NCBI GenBank assembly: GCA_963795855.1
Contig: CAWCIZ010000004.1
Coordinates: 224,001-288,000 of the forward strand
Direction of reading: 5' to 3'
DNA: 64,000 nt
Origin: Vulcanimicrobiota bacterium
GTDB lineage: Bacteria; Vulcanimicrobiota; Vulcanimicrobiia; Vulcanimicrobiales; Vulcanimicrobiaceae
This document shows positions 12,121 to 22,337 of this stretch, piece by piece (the first letter of the stretch is position 1; each line of letters starts with the position of its first letter). The position numbers were made by a program, and so were the translations under genes. Below the pieces are notes generated by a model. It was given only the letters and a program-made list of their open reading frames with translations. It was not told where the DNA came from and did not search any database.

Positions 12121-12771
12121 CTCGCGCTCGCGCTGCTGGCTGCGGTCGCCAATCCTACGCCATCCGCGACGCCGTCGCCGTCCAGTCAACTCCGGACGAT
12201 TGCAACGGTCCGATCGACGCCGTTTTGCACGTCGATCGCTCAGCATTTCAACGCGGCCGTTCAGCCGATGATCGCGAACGATCGCACGCTCGACCTCGTC
12301 GATCCGCAGCTCGCCGGCCTGACCGACGTCTTTCATCATCCGGACTACCAGATTCGGTACAGCGGCGTGCGCGCTAAACTCGTGAAATACGTCGCGGACT
12401 TGCAAAACAGCTTGCCGGCGATGCAGCAAGAGATCAACCGCCTACGCCAAGGGCAAACACTCACGAAAGATCAGCAGGACGCGCGCGACATGCATCAGAT
12501 CGCCGAGAAACTGCAGCTCGCCTACAACAAACAGATGCAGCTGACGATCGATCTGGGCGGTGTAGTGCGCGCGATGATGGACTACCAGCCGCCGGCCGAT
12601 TTGGACGTGAGCGGCCAAGAGCTGGCCGAAGCGCAGATGCCGCAAGACATGCGCGACATCAAGACGTATTTGCGCTTCGACGGTCAGCGCGACGTTATCG
12701 ATCAGGCGGAGAACGCGGCGGCCGATTCAGCGATTACGCTGGCCGAACGCCGTTGTTCGGTTCAGAAATAA
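12121..12771 (+). CDS. Secreted hypothetical helical protein (start uncertain)
   Basis: Frame is open upstream of ATG 12268 with signal-like LALALLAAVANPTPSATPSPS; no clear start codon there. Confidence 0.6.
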   Translation, partial: LALALLAAVANPTPSATPSPSSQLRTIATVRSTPFCTSIAQHFNAAVQPMIANDRTLDLVDPQLAGLTDVFHHPDYQIRYSGVRAKLVKYVADLQNSLPAMQQEINRLRQGQTLTKDQQDARDMHQIAEKLQLAYNKQMQLTIDLGGVVRAMMDYQPPADLDVSGQELAEAQMPQDMRDIKTYLRFDGQRDVIDQAENAAADSAITLAERRCSVQK

Positions 12772-12777
12772 GATCGA

Positions 12778-13479
12778 CTACATCTCGGGCGCGCCGGCGG
12801 TTTTGCTGGGCTTGACGAGCGGATCCGTTTCGGCGAATGCGCCGAGCGGGTTGGGCGTAAGCCAAACTTCCACGTCCCATTGCGCCGGAAAATCGAAAAC
12901 TTTCGTGACCAGATCCGCGCTGGAAACTTTGCCCATCTTCACGAGCGGTGCGGCGGTCGGGTTGTTGAGATCTCCGCCGGCCTTCGCGTACGCGACCGCA
13001 GAGACGGCGTGGCCGTACGCCGCGTCCGTGTTGCCTTGCAGTACGTAATGCACGTGCGACTTTCCGAATTTGAACCACCGATCGGGATTCAATCCCCACA
13101 GATTGGGCGGCGCGCTCCCGTTCGCGGCGGTGAGCGGCACTGAAAAGTCGGCGCCCAGCAGTCGTCCCTTCACGTCGTACCACAACTGACTCGGCTGGGG
13201 ATGCGCGGGATTAGCGGCGCTGTTCCACTGCAGATTTGCGTAGCTGATCGCGCCGGTTTTGTCCTCGTTGTTGTACCGGAAGTAGCCGTCTTTCTCAGCG
13301 TCCGCCGGAGTCGCGAAACGCGCGTTGAGATCTTTGGTTACGGACTGAACGAAGGCCACTTCACTCGGAAGCGGTTTATCGGGGAGTTTAGCCTTCGGCG
13401 ACGCCGCGAGGGCGGGAAAACCGGCCGCTGCGACTGCGCTGAACGCCAAAAACGTAAGCGCGAAAAGCGCACGTTTCAT
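12778..13479 (-). CDS. Secreted hypothetical protein
   Basis: GGAGG SD; signal peptide MKRALFALTFLAFSAVAAAGFPALA; 233 aa with natural composition. Confidence 0.8.
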   Translation of the reverse strand: MKRALFALTFLAFSAVAAAGFPALAASPKAKLPDKPLPSEVAFVQSVTKDLNARFATPADAEKDGYFRYNNEDKTGAISYANLQWNSAANPAHPQPSQLWYDVKGRLLGADFSVPLTAANGSAPPNLWGLNPDRWFKFGKSHVHYVLQGNTDAAYGHAVSAVAYAKAGGDLNNPTAAPLVKMGKVSSADLVTKVFDFPAQWDVEVWLTPNPLGAFAETDPLVKPSKTAGAPEM

Positions 13480-13495
13480 GGGATACCTCCGGTCT

Positions 13496-14248
13496 TTACG
13501 GTGTATGTGTAGGCTTGACGCTTGGCGACGGCTTCGGCGTCGGCATGTGGAATCCCGGAGGCGTAATGAGCGGGGCGGGAACGAACGCCGGATGCGGCGT
13601 GTCGCGTACCGTGACGAACGGCTGAGGCGTAGCGACGACGACGCGGGTCCCCGCGAGCAGTACCGACGCGCCCGTGCGTGCGCGCAGGATCGTGCCCGGG
13701 CCTAGCGTGACGTCGCGCCCTTTGCGCAGCATGTGGTAGATGTAATGGCCCGGTATGAAGATGTCGCCCACGGTATCCACCGTGGCACGCGTATTGTACT
13801 GGCCGACGCTCATATGCGGATCGATATGCGCCGTCGGCGTCGTAAGCGGAATGCTCTTCCCATCGGCCAGCATGAGCGGCTGAAAGTAGATCTCCGCAGA
13901 GCCGTCTTCATTGCCCATGTGGGCCGGGGTGGTTTGGTAGACTTCGATGTCGACGCGCGAACCCGCGCGCGCGATCGTCTTTCCGTTCAGGACCAGCGCG
14001 TCGCGCAGATGCGCCGGGACGACGGTGCCCGGTTTGAGGCGCGAGCTGATCGTTCCGTCCAGAACGAAAAATAGGCTGGAATCGAGCGGAAGCACCGTCG
14101 AATTCGGCGTGCCGGTGGGGGTCGAGAGCGGCGCGGCCGCACTCGGAGGAGGTGTCGGCACGACGATGGCGCGAGCCGGTCGCGGGCCCGCGCCGATTGC
14201 CGCGGCCGCGGATGCAGCCGCGAGCGCCAAGATTCCGGCGCGCCTCAC
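13496..14248 (-). CDS. Secreted protein with TrbI/VirB10-like beta domain
   Basis: GTG start, signal-like RRAGILALAAA, Pro-rich linkers, LDGTISS..PG..V.AHL..L..NGK.IA.AGS and DVTLGPGT.L patterns. Confidence 0.6.
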   Translation of the reverse strand: MRRAGILALAAASAAAAIGAGPRPARAIVVPTPPPSAAAPLSTPTGTPNSTVLPLDSSLFFVLDGTISSRLKPGTVVPAHLRDALVLNGKTIARAGSRVDIEVYQTTPAHMGNEDGSAEIYFQPLMLADGKSIPLTTPTAHIDPHMSVGQYNTRATVDTVGDIFIPGHYIYHMLRKGRDVTLGPGTILRARTGASVLLAGTRVVVATPQPFVTVRDTPHPAFVPAPLITPPGFHMPTPKPSPSVKPTHTP

Positions 14249-14591
14249 TGGCTTTTTTCTCTTGATCTTGGGCCGCTGCGGCTGCTGCACGTTTGCCTTC
14301 TTCGATGAGCTGCTTGACTTTCTGGCCGCCTTTTTGTCCGATTTGCTCGTAGAAGTTCGGGCCGTACCGGTCACGGGTGGCTTCGCCGCCTTTTTTGCCG
14401 CCCTTCTTGCCGATTTGCTCGTAGAAAGCGTGTCCGTGCGCTTGTTTCGTCGCTTGGCCGCCCTTGCGCCCAATTTGTTCGTAAAACTCGGGACCGTATT
14501 TTTTCTTGACCGTCTCGCCGCCTTTTTGGCCTGCTTCGCGGACGGTCATGCCTCCGGCTTTTTTGGGGGCCGGGCCATTCGGTGTGTTCAT
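14245..14591 (-). CDS. KGG-repeat general stress protein (GsiB/Con-10/Em-like hydrophilin)
   Basis: Repeats EAGQKGG, FYEQIGRKGG, FYEQIGKKGG, FYEQIGQKGG. One more A in the A6 run would end it at a TGA overlapping the next GTG. Confidence 0.85.
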
Positions 14592-14693
14592 TGAGTCGAT
14601 CTATCCTCGGTTTTCTTGCGCCGCCCCAGAAGGACGGCAATCTCATGCTCCATATACTAGAACGCAAGTTCGGACCAGAAAGTTGGTATTGAT

Positions 14694-16172
14694 TTGATTA
14701 AGAAGCCGTTCCGGCTCGCGATTTTGCCCATCGCCGCCATGCTTGCGCTCGGCGCATCTGCGCCCGTCCAAGCGCCCTACGTACAGATCGAGCGGCTCGA
14801 ACAGGCCAGATCGCTGGGCAACGGCCGTTTGGCGGGCCTTCTGGATTCGAACGATCGTTTGGTTGCGCTCCGAGCCGCGCTTGCGATCGGCCGCACCAAA
14901 CAGGCGGCCGGCGTCCCCTTGCTCGAGCGCCACCTGCGTGGGGGTGATACCGCGCTGCGGGCGATGTCGGTGTATGCGCTCGGGCTCATCGGCTCGAGCG
15001 GCGCTTCACACGCCGTCCTTACCGCTTTCCATGATACGAGCGATACCGTGCTCGTGTCGGCATTAGACGCGACAGACCGGCTCGAGACTGCGCATGCGTT
15101 CGACGCACTGCAGGAGCGCAAGGCGCTCCAACGCGCGGTCGGCCTTCTGCACTCCAAAAATGACGTCGTTCGCGCGCGCGCCGCGACGACTCTCGAAGCG
15201 TTCGGCGCCGCACCCCAAAGTGCTACCGCGCTCAATGCGCTCGAGCGCGCGTACGCGGGCGAGCGCAGCACTTTCGTTCGCTGGCACCTCATGTGGACGT
15301 TGTTCCGCGGTTATGCGAAGACCGCACCGCAAAAAACGTTGGCGAACGGCTTGAAAGACGCCGACGAAGTGGTGCGCATCGAAGCAGTGCGCGCATTCGG
15401 CCGGCGAGGCGATGCGTCCGCCGTTGCGCTGCTGCTGCCGCTCGTTCACGATCCGTCGTGGCGCGTCGAGGAGCAAGCGCTTGAAGCGGTAACCGTGCTC
15501 CGAGGCGGAAAACCGACGGATCATCTGACGCGCATTCCCGCCGGCGTTCGCACCCCGGCGCCCGCGCCGGATCGTTTTGGGTCTTTGCGCGCGATACCGC
15601 GCAGCGGCGTAACGGGTAAACCTGCGGCTCCGCATGCCGCCGCGATCATCGCTCAGCCGAAGCTGGATCCGTCCACCGTCGCGCTGTTGACCGGGCCGGC
15701 GAACGGGCCGCACCCGCGCGTGCGCATCGTCACGACGGAAGGCAATATTTATCTCGAACTGTATCCCGAGTGGGCGCCGCTGACCGTGGAAAATTTCTTG
15801 AATCTAGCGGATCGGGGTTACTACGACGATAATCCCTGGTTCCGCATCGTTCCCGATTTCGTCGTGCAGACCGGCGACCCGAAGGGCAACGGCAGCGGCG
15901 ACGCCGGCTATGCGATTCCCGCGGAAGAAAATCCGATCGAACAGGACAGTTACGTCATATCGATGGGATTGAACTACACGGACGGACCGAACTCGCACGC
16001 GATTCGCGATTCGGCGGGGACGCAGTTTTACATCACGCTTTCCCCGCAGTTGCATTTGGATCGCGATTTCACGGTCTTCGGGCGAGTCATCGGCGGCGCA
16101 GACGTGTTGGGCCGGCTAATCGAAAAAGACCGAATCGTCCGTGTCGAGCGTCTGTCCGACACGAAGGGATGA
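14694..16172 (+). CDS. Secreted HEAT-repeat / cyclophilin peptidyl-prolyl isomerase
   Basis: Signal peptide, HEAT-like repeats, APLTVENF, FRIVPDFVVQTGDP, SAGTQFYIT, FTVFGRV. Confidence 0.9.
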   Translation: MIKKPFRLAILPIAAMLALGASAPVQAPYVQIERLEQARSLGNGRLAGLLDSNDRLVALRAALAIGRTKQAAGVPLLERHLRGGDTALRAMSVYALGLIGSSGASHAVLTAFHDTSDTVLVSALDATDRLETAHAFDALQERKALQRAVGLLHSKNDVVRARAATTLEAFGAAPQSATALNALERAYAGERSTFVRWHLMWTLFRGYAKTAPQKTLANGLKDADEVVRIEAVRAFGRRGDASAVALLLPLVHDPSWRVEEQALEAVTVLRGGKPTDHLTRIPAGVRTPAPAPDRFGSLRAIPRSGVTGKPAAPHAAAIIAQPKLDPSTVALLTGPANGPHPRVRIVTTEGNIYLELYPEWAPLTVENFLNLADRGYYDDNPWFRIVPDFVVQTGDPKGNGSGDAGYAIPAEENPIEQDSYVISMGLNYTDGPNSHAIRDSAGTQFYITLSPQLHLDRDFTVFGRVIGGADVLGRLIEKDRIVRVERLSDTKG

Positions 16173-16552
16173 CGCGCGTACTCGCGGGTGTTTTGTGCGC
16201 GGCAGTACTGACCGCATGCGCCGGCAACCCGCAACGCTTGCCGGTAGAACTCTCGCCGTGCAGCGCGGTCGAACGAGCGAACGGATTCGCGGTCGGCGCG
16301 ACCGTTCGAAACCTCTCCGATCGTCCCATCGCCGATCTTGCTCTGGCCGTCAGCTTCTATCGAGATTTCCGGTATGCGAGCTACAGCGCTTCCGCGCGTT
16401 TGAAGAAAGAACTCGATCCCGGCGATCGCCGGCAAGTGACGTTCGAGGTGAACGCGCCGGGCGCGCGGCAGAGTGGTGAAGCGTTGCGCTGTCTGGTCAC
16501 GCACATCGGCTATCTCGACGGCACGTCCGCCGATATTCCGCCCGCGCAGTGA
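16169..16552 (+). CDS. Putative lipoprotein
   Basis: Lipobox-like VLTAC; ATGA overlap with the upstream gene. Confidence 0.7.
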   Translation: MTRVLAGVLCAAVLTACAGNPQRLPVELSPCSAVERANGFAVGATVRNLSDRPIADLALAVSFYRDFRYASYSASARLKKELDPGDRRQVTFEVNAPGARQSGEALRCLVTHIGYLDGTSADIPPAQ

Positions 16553-16560
16553 GCCGCGGC

Positions 16561-17010
16561 CTAAAATACGCGCTTTGTGTCGAGTAAAATGGTAACCGGA
16601 CCGTCGTTGACGAGTTCGACGTCCATGTGCGCGCCGAAAACGCCGTAGCGGACACGCAGCCCCGCGCGCTCGAGCAGCACGCCGACGCGTTCGTACAACG
16701 GCTTTGCGACGTCTTCGCGCGCCGCTGTGATGAAGGATGGGCGCCGGCCCTTTCGTGCGTCTCCGTGCAGCGTGAACTGCGAGACCAGCAGCACACCGGC
16801 GCCCACGTCCAACGCGCTGCGGTTCATCAGCCCTTCGCCGTCCGCGAAAATACGCAGATTCGCGATCTTCTCCGCTGCAGTTTCCGCGTCGCGTTCTTCG
16901 TCGTCGACGCCGACGCCGACGAGCACCATCAGCCCTTTGCCGATCTCTCCGACGGTTCGTTCATCGACGCGCACGGCTGCGCGCGCGACTCGCTGCACGA
17001 CTAACCGCAT
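16561..17010 (-). CDS. dtd: D-aminoacyl-tRNA deacylase
   Basis: MRLVVQRV, SQFTL, GRRPSF, FGAHM.V..NDGPVT. Confidence 0.97.
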   Translation of the reverse strand: MRLVVQRVARAAVRVDERTVGEIGKGLMVLVGVGVDDEERDAETAAEKIANLRIFADGEGLMNRSALDVGAGVLLVSQFTLHGDARKGRRPSFITAAREDVAKPLYERVGVLLERAGLRVRYGVFGAHMDVELVNDGPVTILLDTKRVF

Positions 17011-17025
17011 GTCCTGGCGGCTCGC

Positions 17026-17925
17026 CTACCGGCTAAAGATGCCCGAAAGCGCGAAGAGCGCGTTCTCTTTTCGCTCGGCCACGCGGCGATAGAAATAGCC
17101 AGCCCAATGCGTTCCGAACGGCACGTACACGCGCAGGCGGTAGCCGTCGCGCACGAGCTGCCGCTGCACGCTCGGGCGAATGCCGTACAACATTTGAAAC
17201 TCGAACTTGTCGGAAGCGATGCCGTTGTTGTGCACGAAGGCTTTAACGGCTTCGATCAATTCCGGATCGTGCGTGGCGATACCCGGATACGTGCCGCGCG
17301 TCAACAGCGCACGCGCGCAATCCAGATACTGTTTGCGGATTTGCGGCATCTCTTTGTATGCGATCTCGGGCGGCTCGCTGTAGGCGCCCTTGCAGATGCG
17401 CACGCGCGCGCCAAGTTCTATCGCGCGCTGCACGTCGTGCGGCGTGCGGCGAAGATACGCTTGCAAAACCGGGCCGACGTTCTCGTGCGTTTGGTAGGCG
17501 CGCTCGAACAGACGAAGCGTCGCATCCGTCACGCTCGATCCTTCCATGTCGATGCGCACGAACGGATCGCCCGGATTCTTCGTTTGCGCATAGTCGAGGA
17601 TCGCGCTGAGGTTCTGCAGCGCGAAATCTTCGTCGACGAGCAGCCCCATAGCGGTGAGTTTGACGGAAACGTTGCTTTGCACGCCGGCCGCGGCGATCGC
17701 ATCGAGCATTCGGAAATACGCGTCGCGCGTTTTCAGGGCCGCTTCCCGTTCGAGAACGTCTTCACCCAGGAAGTCGAGCGTCGCGGTCATTCCCGCCGCG
17801 TTCAGATTGCGAACGGCGGCAATCGCGGAGTCGATCGTATCGCCGGCTACGAAGCGCCTGGCTAAAAAGAAAAACCGGCGCGAAAAAAGTGAATCCGGGG
17901 CAAACATCCGATCGAGAACGGCCAT
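17026..17925 (-). CDS. Monofunctional proline dehydrogenase
   Basis: RRFVAG, SVKLTAMG, VRIDME, LQAYLRRT, RICKGAY, IATHD, EFQMLYG, YVPFG..YFYRRVAE. Confidence 0.93.
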   Translation of the reverse strand: MAVLDRMFAPDSLFSRRFFFLARRFVAGDTIDSAIAAVRNLNAAGMTATLDFLGEDVLEREAALKTRDAYFRMLDAIAAAGVQSNVSVKLTAMGLLVDEDFALQNLSAILDYAQTKNPGDPFVRIDMEGSSVTDATLRLFERAYQTHENVGPVLQAYLRRTPHDVQRAIELGARVRICKGAYSEPPEIAYKEMPQIRKQYLDCARALLTRGTYPGIATHDPELIEAVKAFVHNNGIASDKFEFQMLYGIRPSVQRQLVRDGYRLRVYVPFGTHWAGYFYRRVAERKENALFALSGIFSR

Positions 17926-17936
17926 AACGGGCTGCT

Positions 17937-18710
17937 CTATACGACGCGCCGGCGCAAAGCCCATTGTACGCCGACGACGACGGCAGCCAGCACGACGAAT
18001 CCATACGTCAACGCGAGTGACGCACCCACACCCTGAGCCGACAAAGCGACGTAGAGCTGAACCGGCAGCGACGTGGGATGGTACGCGAGAATCGACGTCG
18101 CGCCGTATTCGCCGATGGCGCGCATCCATGCGAGCAACATACCGGCGAGCACGTTCGGCGCGGCGAGCGGAAGCGCGATGCGAAAGAAGCGCGCGGCGGT
18201 TCCTGCGCCCAGCGTTTGCGCGGACTCTTCGAAAGACGGGTCGATCGAACCGAATGCTGCAGCCGCCGCGATCGCGACGAACGATCCCGCGACGAAAAAT
18301 TCTGCGAGCGCAACGCCCCAAATGGAATCGACGAAGACGATGCCGTGCTGCGCGAGCGCGGCCCCGACCGGCGTGCGCGTGCCGACCGTTTGAAGGAGAA
18401 TGATACCGGACGCAACCGGAGGAAACGCGAGCGGAAGCGCGAGCACCGCAAGCAGAAGCGCGCGAAGGCCGCGTGACGTGTGCGCTAACGCATATCCCGC
18501 CGGAACGCCGAGCACTGATGCTGCGGCCACCGCAATGCTCGACGCGAAGAGCGAAACCCGCACGGCGTCTTGCGCGACCGGCAGGGCGAACGAATGTACT
18601 ACGGTCGCCGGCGGCACTGCCGCGAGCATGACGATAACCGGTCCGAGCATGACCAGCAGCAACAGCGCCGTTGCCGCGTGAAAATATGCGCCCGTATCGA
18701 ACCATTTCAT
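17937..18710 (-). CDS. modB: Molybdate-type ABC transporter permease
   Basis: LPLAFPPVASG, EESAQTLGA EAA loop, WMRAIGEYGAT. Confidence 0.8.
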   Translation of the reverse strand: MKWFDTGAYFHAATALLLLVMLGPVIVMLAAVPPATVVHSFALPVAQDAVRVSLFASSIAVAAASVLGVPAGYALAHTSRGLRALLLAVLALPLAFPPVASGIILLQTVGTRTPVGAALAQHGIVFVDSIWGVALAEFFVAGSFVAIAAAAAFGSIDPSFEESAQTLGAGTAARFFRIALPLAAPNVLAGMLLAWMRAIGEYGATSILAYHPTSLPVQLYVALSAQGVGASLALTYGFVVLAAVVVGVQWALRRRVV

Positions 18711-18781
18711 TCAGAAAACTTTACCAAAGCACGACGCCGGCGCTAGGCGGAAAGCCCCAGGGAGCGAATGGGACCAGCAGC

Positions 18782-19207
18782 ATGGCGCAGCGCACGTGGC
18801 GGGTTCTCATCGCGGACGACGATCCGGCTATCTGCACACTCATCGAAACGGTGTTGCGAAAAGGTCCGTATGACATCGTGGTTCGCAACGACGCCGAAAG
18901 CGCGCTGGTCGCGCTCGATCGCGAAGGCACCTTCGACATCATCATTTGCGACTTCATGCTCCCGGGAATCTCAGGCATCGATCTCATCGAGCGTCTGCGC
19001 GCCGACGAACGGACGCGCGCCGTTCCAATCTTGATGGTTTCGGGACACACCAATTACGCGATGGACGGCCGCGCCAAAAGTGCCGGCGCAAATTTGTTTC
19101 TGAACAAGCCGTTCACGATCTCGCAATTGCGTACCGCAGTCAACAGCCTGCTCGCGCAGCCGAAGGTCGATCCGCTCGAAAGCCAGTCGCCGATCAACTC
19201 TCGTTAA
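18782..19207 (+). CDS. Single-domain response regulator
   Basis: VLIADDD, ICDFMLPGISG, MVSG, FLNKPF. Confidence 0.9.
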   Translation: MAQRTWRVLIADDDPAICTLIETVLRKGPYDIVVRNDAESALVALDREGTFDIIICDFMLPGISGIDLIERLRADERTRAVPILMVSGHTNYAMDGRAKSAGANLFLNKPFTISQLRTAVNSLLAQPKVDPLESQSPINSR

Positions 19208-19261
19208 GGCGCGGCGCGAGCCTAAAGGGATGGGGGTCCGCCGGCTCGCAATCGGCACTTC

Positions 19262-19822
19262 TTGCATCTCCTGAAGATCTTCGTCATCGCGGTATCCTTG
19301 GGCCTCGATGTTTTCGCAGTCGGCATCGGCGTCGGCATGCGTGGCGCCTCCCGGTCCGTAAAGGCGCGCATCGGCGCAGCATTTGCCAGCGCCGAAGTCA
19401 TCATGAACCTGATCGGCGTCGGGCTCGGGCGAGTCGCCGGACAATTTCTCGGCGAGATTGCCGGGTTCATCGGTTTCGCGGCGCTGATCGGCGTAGGCGC
19501 CTACATGATTTTTGAAGCGGTACGGGTTTCCGAAGAAAAGACGCCGCTCGACATGTCGCGCGGGTGGGGACTATTCATCGCCTCACTCTCCATCAGCCTC
19601 GATTCCCTGGGCATCGGATTTTCGATCCTGTATATCGGCGTGCCGCTTTGGCTGGCTCTCGGAGTGATTTTCGTCGTCTCGATCTGCGCAACAGTGCTCG
19701 GTCTCACGTTCGGCCGCTTCTTGGGGCGCCGCGTGGAAGAAGGCGCAGAACTTTGGGCCGGCATCGTGCTGATGCTTACCGGCATCGCGTTCATCTTGGC
19801 AAAAGTCTTTCACGTCGGCTGA
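19262..19822 (+). CDS. mntP: Manganese efflux pump MntP family
   Basis: SLGLDVFAVG and SISLDSLGIG duplicated motifs; strongly hydrophobic. Confidence 0.85.
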   Translation: MHLLKIFVIAVSLGLDVFAVGIGVGMRGASRSVKARIGAAFASAEVIMNLIGVGLGRVAGQFLGEIAGFIGFAALIGVGAYMIFEAVRVSEEKTPLDMSRGWGLFIASLSISLDSLGIGFSILYIGVPLWLALGVIFVVSICATVLGLTFGRFLGRRVEEGAELWAGIVLMLTGIAFILAKVFHVG

Positions 19823-19840
19823 GCGAAGCGCCGTCTGAGT

Positions 19841-20740
19841 ATGCGCGTGGGCGAAATGCTGCTGGATTTGGCGCGGGCGGGGGGGCGGAGCTCGCTCTTC
19901 GTCGTCGGTACCGGTAAGAACGTCGGCAAGACGGTCGCAATGCGGTCCGTCGCCGCCGCCGCGGCGGCGCGCGGTCTCCGCGTAGGCTTGACGTCGGTTG
20001 GACGCGACGGCGAAGCGGCGGACGCGGCGGACGCGGCCGCCAAACCGCGTCTGTTCTTACGTCCGGGCGCGACGATTGCCACGGCGCGCGGGCTTCTGCC
20101 GCAGCATCCGGCCGTGGAACTTCTCGACCTCACGCCGTGGAGCACCGCGGCAGGCCCGGTCGTGTTCGCTCGCGTGCGTCAATCTGCACACTATGAAATT
20201 GCGGGGCCCGCAACTGCAGCCGGCGTGCGTTCGTGCGCCGCGCGCTTCGCCGACTTCGGATGCGGCCAGATCGTCGTCGACGGTGCGCTGGATCGCGTTG
20301 CGGCGCTCGCGGGCGGAGACGATGCGGTGATCGTCGCGGCCGGCGCAGCCGCCGCCCGCACGGCGGACGAGGCCGTCGAAGACATTCGCGCGCTCGTCGC
20401 GCGATTGCGCATTCCGCGCGTGGACGAGCGCGAACCGTTGGTTCGCATTCAAGGTGCGCTGACCGCCGCGCATGCGGCGCGCTTGGTGAGCGAACGCGAA
20501 GCGCGGCAAGTCGTCGTCCGCGATCCCACGCAGATTGCGTTTGGCGGAAAAGCGTTTCTCGGAGTCGCCGCGCGCCTGCAACTTCGTTGCGAACGTCCGC
20601 TGCACGTCGTCGCTGCAACGGTCGCCTCGATTGGGCGCGATCGCTACTTCGAGCCCCGCGAGTTTGCGCTCGCGGTCGCCGCGGCTACCGGACTTCCGAC
20701 CTTCGACGTCTACACCGCCTCGATCGCGAGCGCCGCATGA
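19841..20740 (+). CDS. kamB: KamB-like lysine 5,6-aminomutase reactivase subunit
   Basis: VVGTGKNVGKT, LTSVGRDGE..D..KPRL, EIAGP, VVDGALDR; lies next to a MutS-like ATPase and kce. Confidence 0.7.
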   Translation: MRVGEMLLDLARAGGRSSLFVVGTGKNVGKTVAMRSVAAAAAARGLRVGLTSVGRDGEAADAADAAAKPRLFLRPGATIATARGLLPQHPAVELLDLTPWSTAAGPVVFARVRQSAHYEIAGPATAAGVRSCAARFADFGCGQIVVDGALDRVAALAGGDDAVIVAAGAAAARTADEAVEDIRALVARLRIPRVDEREPLVRIQGALTAAHAARLVSEREARQVVVRDPTQIAFGGKAFLGVAARLQLRCERPLHVVAATVASIGRDRYFEPREFALAVAAATGLPTFDVYTASIASAA

Positions 20741-22337
20741 ATTTTGCGAGCGTCGTCGACACCATAACGGCAACGGCGCTGGAGACGGCATGGCTGAACG
20801 CGCAACTCGAACCGCTCAGCGAGCCGGGTCGCCGTGCGTACGACGCGTTTGCGCCGTTTCGTCCCGGTGAGGAGCTTGCCGCATCTGGGCGATCGTATGC
20901 GGTTGCGGAAACGGCAACGCGCATCGAGCCGCGCGAAGTGGACGCAATGCGCGATGCGCTGCGCGGGATGCCCGATGCGCTGCCGGCGCTCTCGCGCGCC
21001 GCCATGGGCGCAACGCTGGAAGACGCGAATTTGCTGGAGCTGCTGCGGTTTCTCGATACGGCGCAACGTTTGTCTGCGCACGTAGCGCTTTCGGAAGAAG
21101 CGGCCCGCGTTGCGCGTCTGCTTGAAACCGGCCGCGCCGGCAAATTCGGTTTTTATTTGACTGAGAAGTTCGATGCGAAGCTCGCTGCGGCGAGGGCGGA
21201 CGCGGATCGCGGACAAGCGGAATACGATTCGGTGCGCGGACGTTTGGCTGCGCGCGTCGCTGCGGACCTGGGTCGCGATGAGATTTCGACGGCGGAGTTC
21301 ATCGTGATGCGCGACGCCATTGCCGTGCTTCCGCAGGGCGTGCGAGTCATACGCGAAGCGCCGACGTACTATTTGTGCGAACTCGATCTCGACGAAGCGG
21401 CGATGGAAGCGCTGCGCAGGCGCGACGCCGCGGCGGCGCGCGTCGCACAGGTGGAGGAGTCGGTCCGCTCGCGCATATCCGGTGAGGTGCGCGCTGCCGC
21501 GAAAGCACTGGAAACGCTCGCGGAAGCCGTAGGTGCCTTCGATCTGCTGCTGGCGCAAGTGCGGTTCGCGCAGCATTATGCGTGCGTTCCGGCTCGCATC
21601 GTTGCCGAGGGCGTGGTACGGTTCAAGAACGGACGCTATCTTCCGCTGCAATCGGATCTCGAAGCGCGCGGACGCCGCTACGAAGCGATCTCGGTCGATT
21701 TGTCGGACAGCGCGGTGCTCACTGGGCCGAACATGGGCGGCAAAAGCGTGGCGCTGCGCACCTGCGGATTCATCGCCCTGCTCGCGACGTTCGGAATACC
21801 GGTCCCCGCCGAGGATGCGCAGTGCGGGCTCTTCGATCAGATCGCGTGGCTCGGAATCGGCGCGGAACGGGATGCCGGCGGACTGCTTTCCTCGTTCGCG
21901 CGCGAAGTCGTTCGTTTGAACGAACTGCTGGCGCGCCCCGCCGCAAATGCTCTGCTCTTGATCGACGAGTTTGCGAGAACGACGACGCCGGCCGAAGGCC
22001 GCGCTCTGCTCGTCGCGGTGATTCGTCGCTGCGGCGGCGCCGCCGCCTGGCGTTCATCGCCACGCACTTGGCGGGTATAGCGTCCGACGCGCGCGTCCGG
22101 CATTTCGCGGTGCGCGGCCTGCGCGGTGTGCCGAAGGGGGCGCCGGCGGGCGATTTGGAGGCAGCGCTCGCGTCGCTGGCCGACTCGATGGATTACGCCG
22201 TCTTTGAAGTGACCGACGGCCGTACTCACCACGCCGACGCGGTTGCGCTCGCGGCGCTGCTCGGCTTGGACGAAGATATCGTCGCGGAGGCCGCGCACGT
22301 GCTCGGAGGCGAAGCAGGTTCGTCATGGACCCAGTAA
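20737..22337 (+). CDS. kamC: MutS-domain-V ATPase, KamC-like (frameshift ~22030)
   Basis: TGPNMGGKS Walker A, LLSSFAREV, LIDEFARTT, IATH; no mismatch-binding domain seen; ATGA overlap with kamB. Confidence 0.72.

Noticed and set aside
20737..22337. Mismatch-repair MutS or MutS2
   Set aside because: Too short, lacks mismatch-binding and Smr domains, and its context matches KamC.
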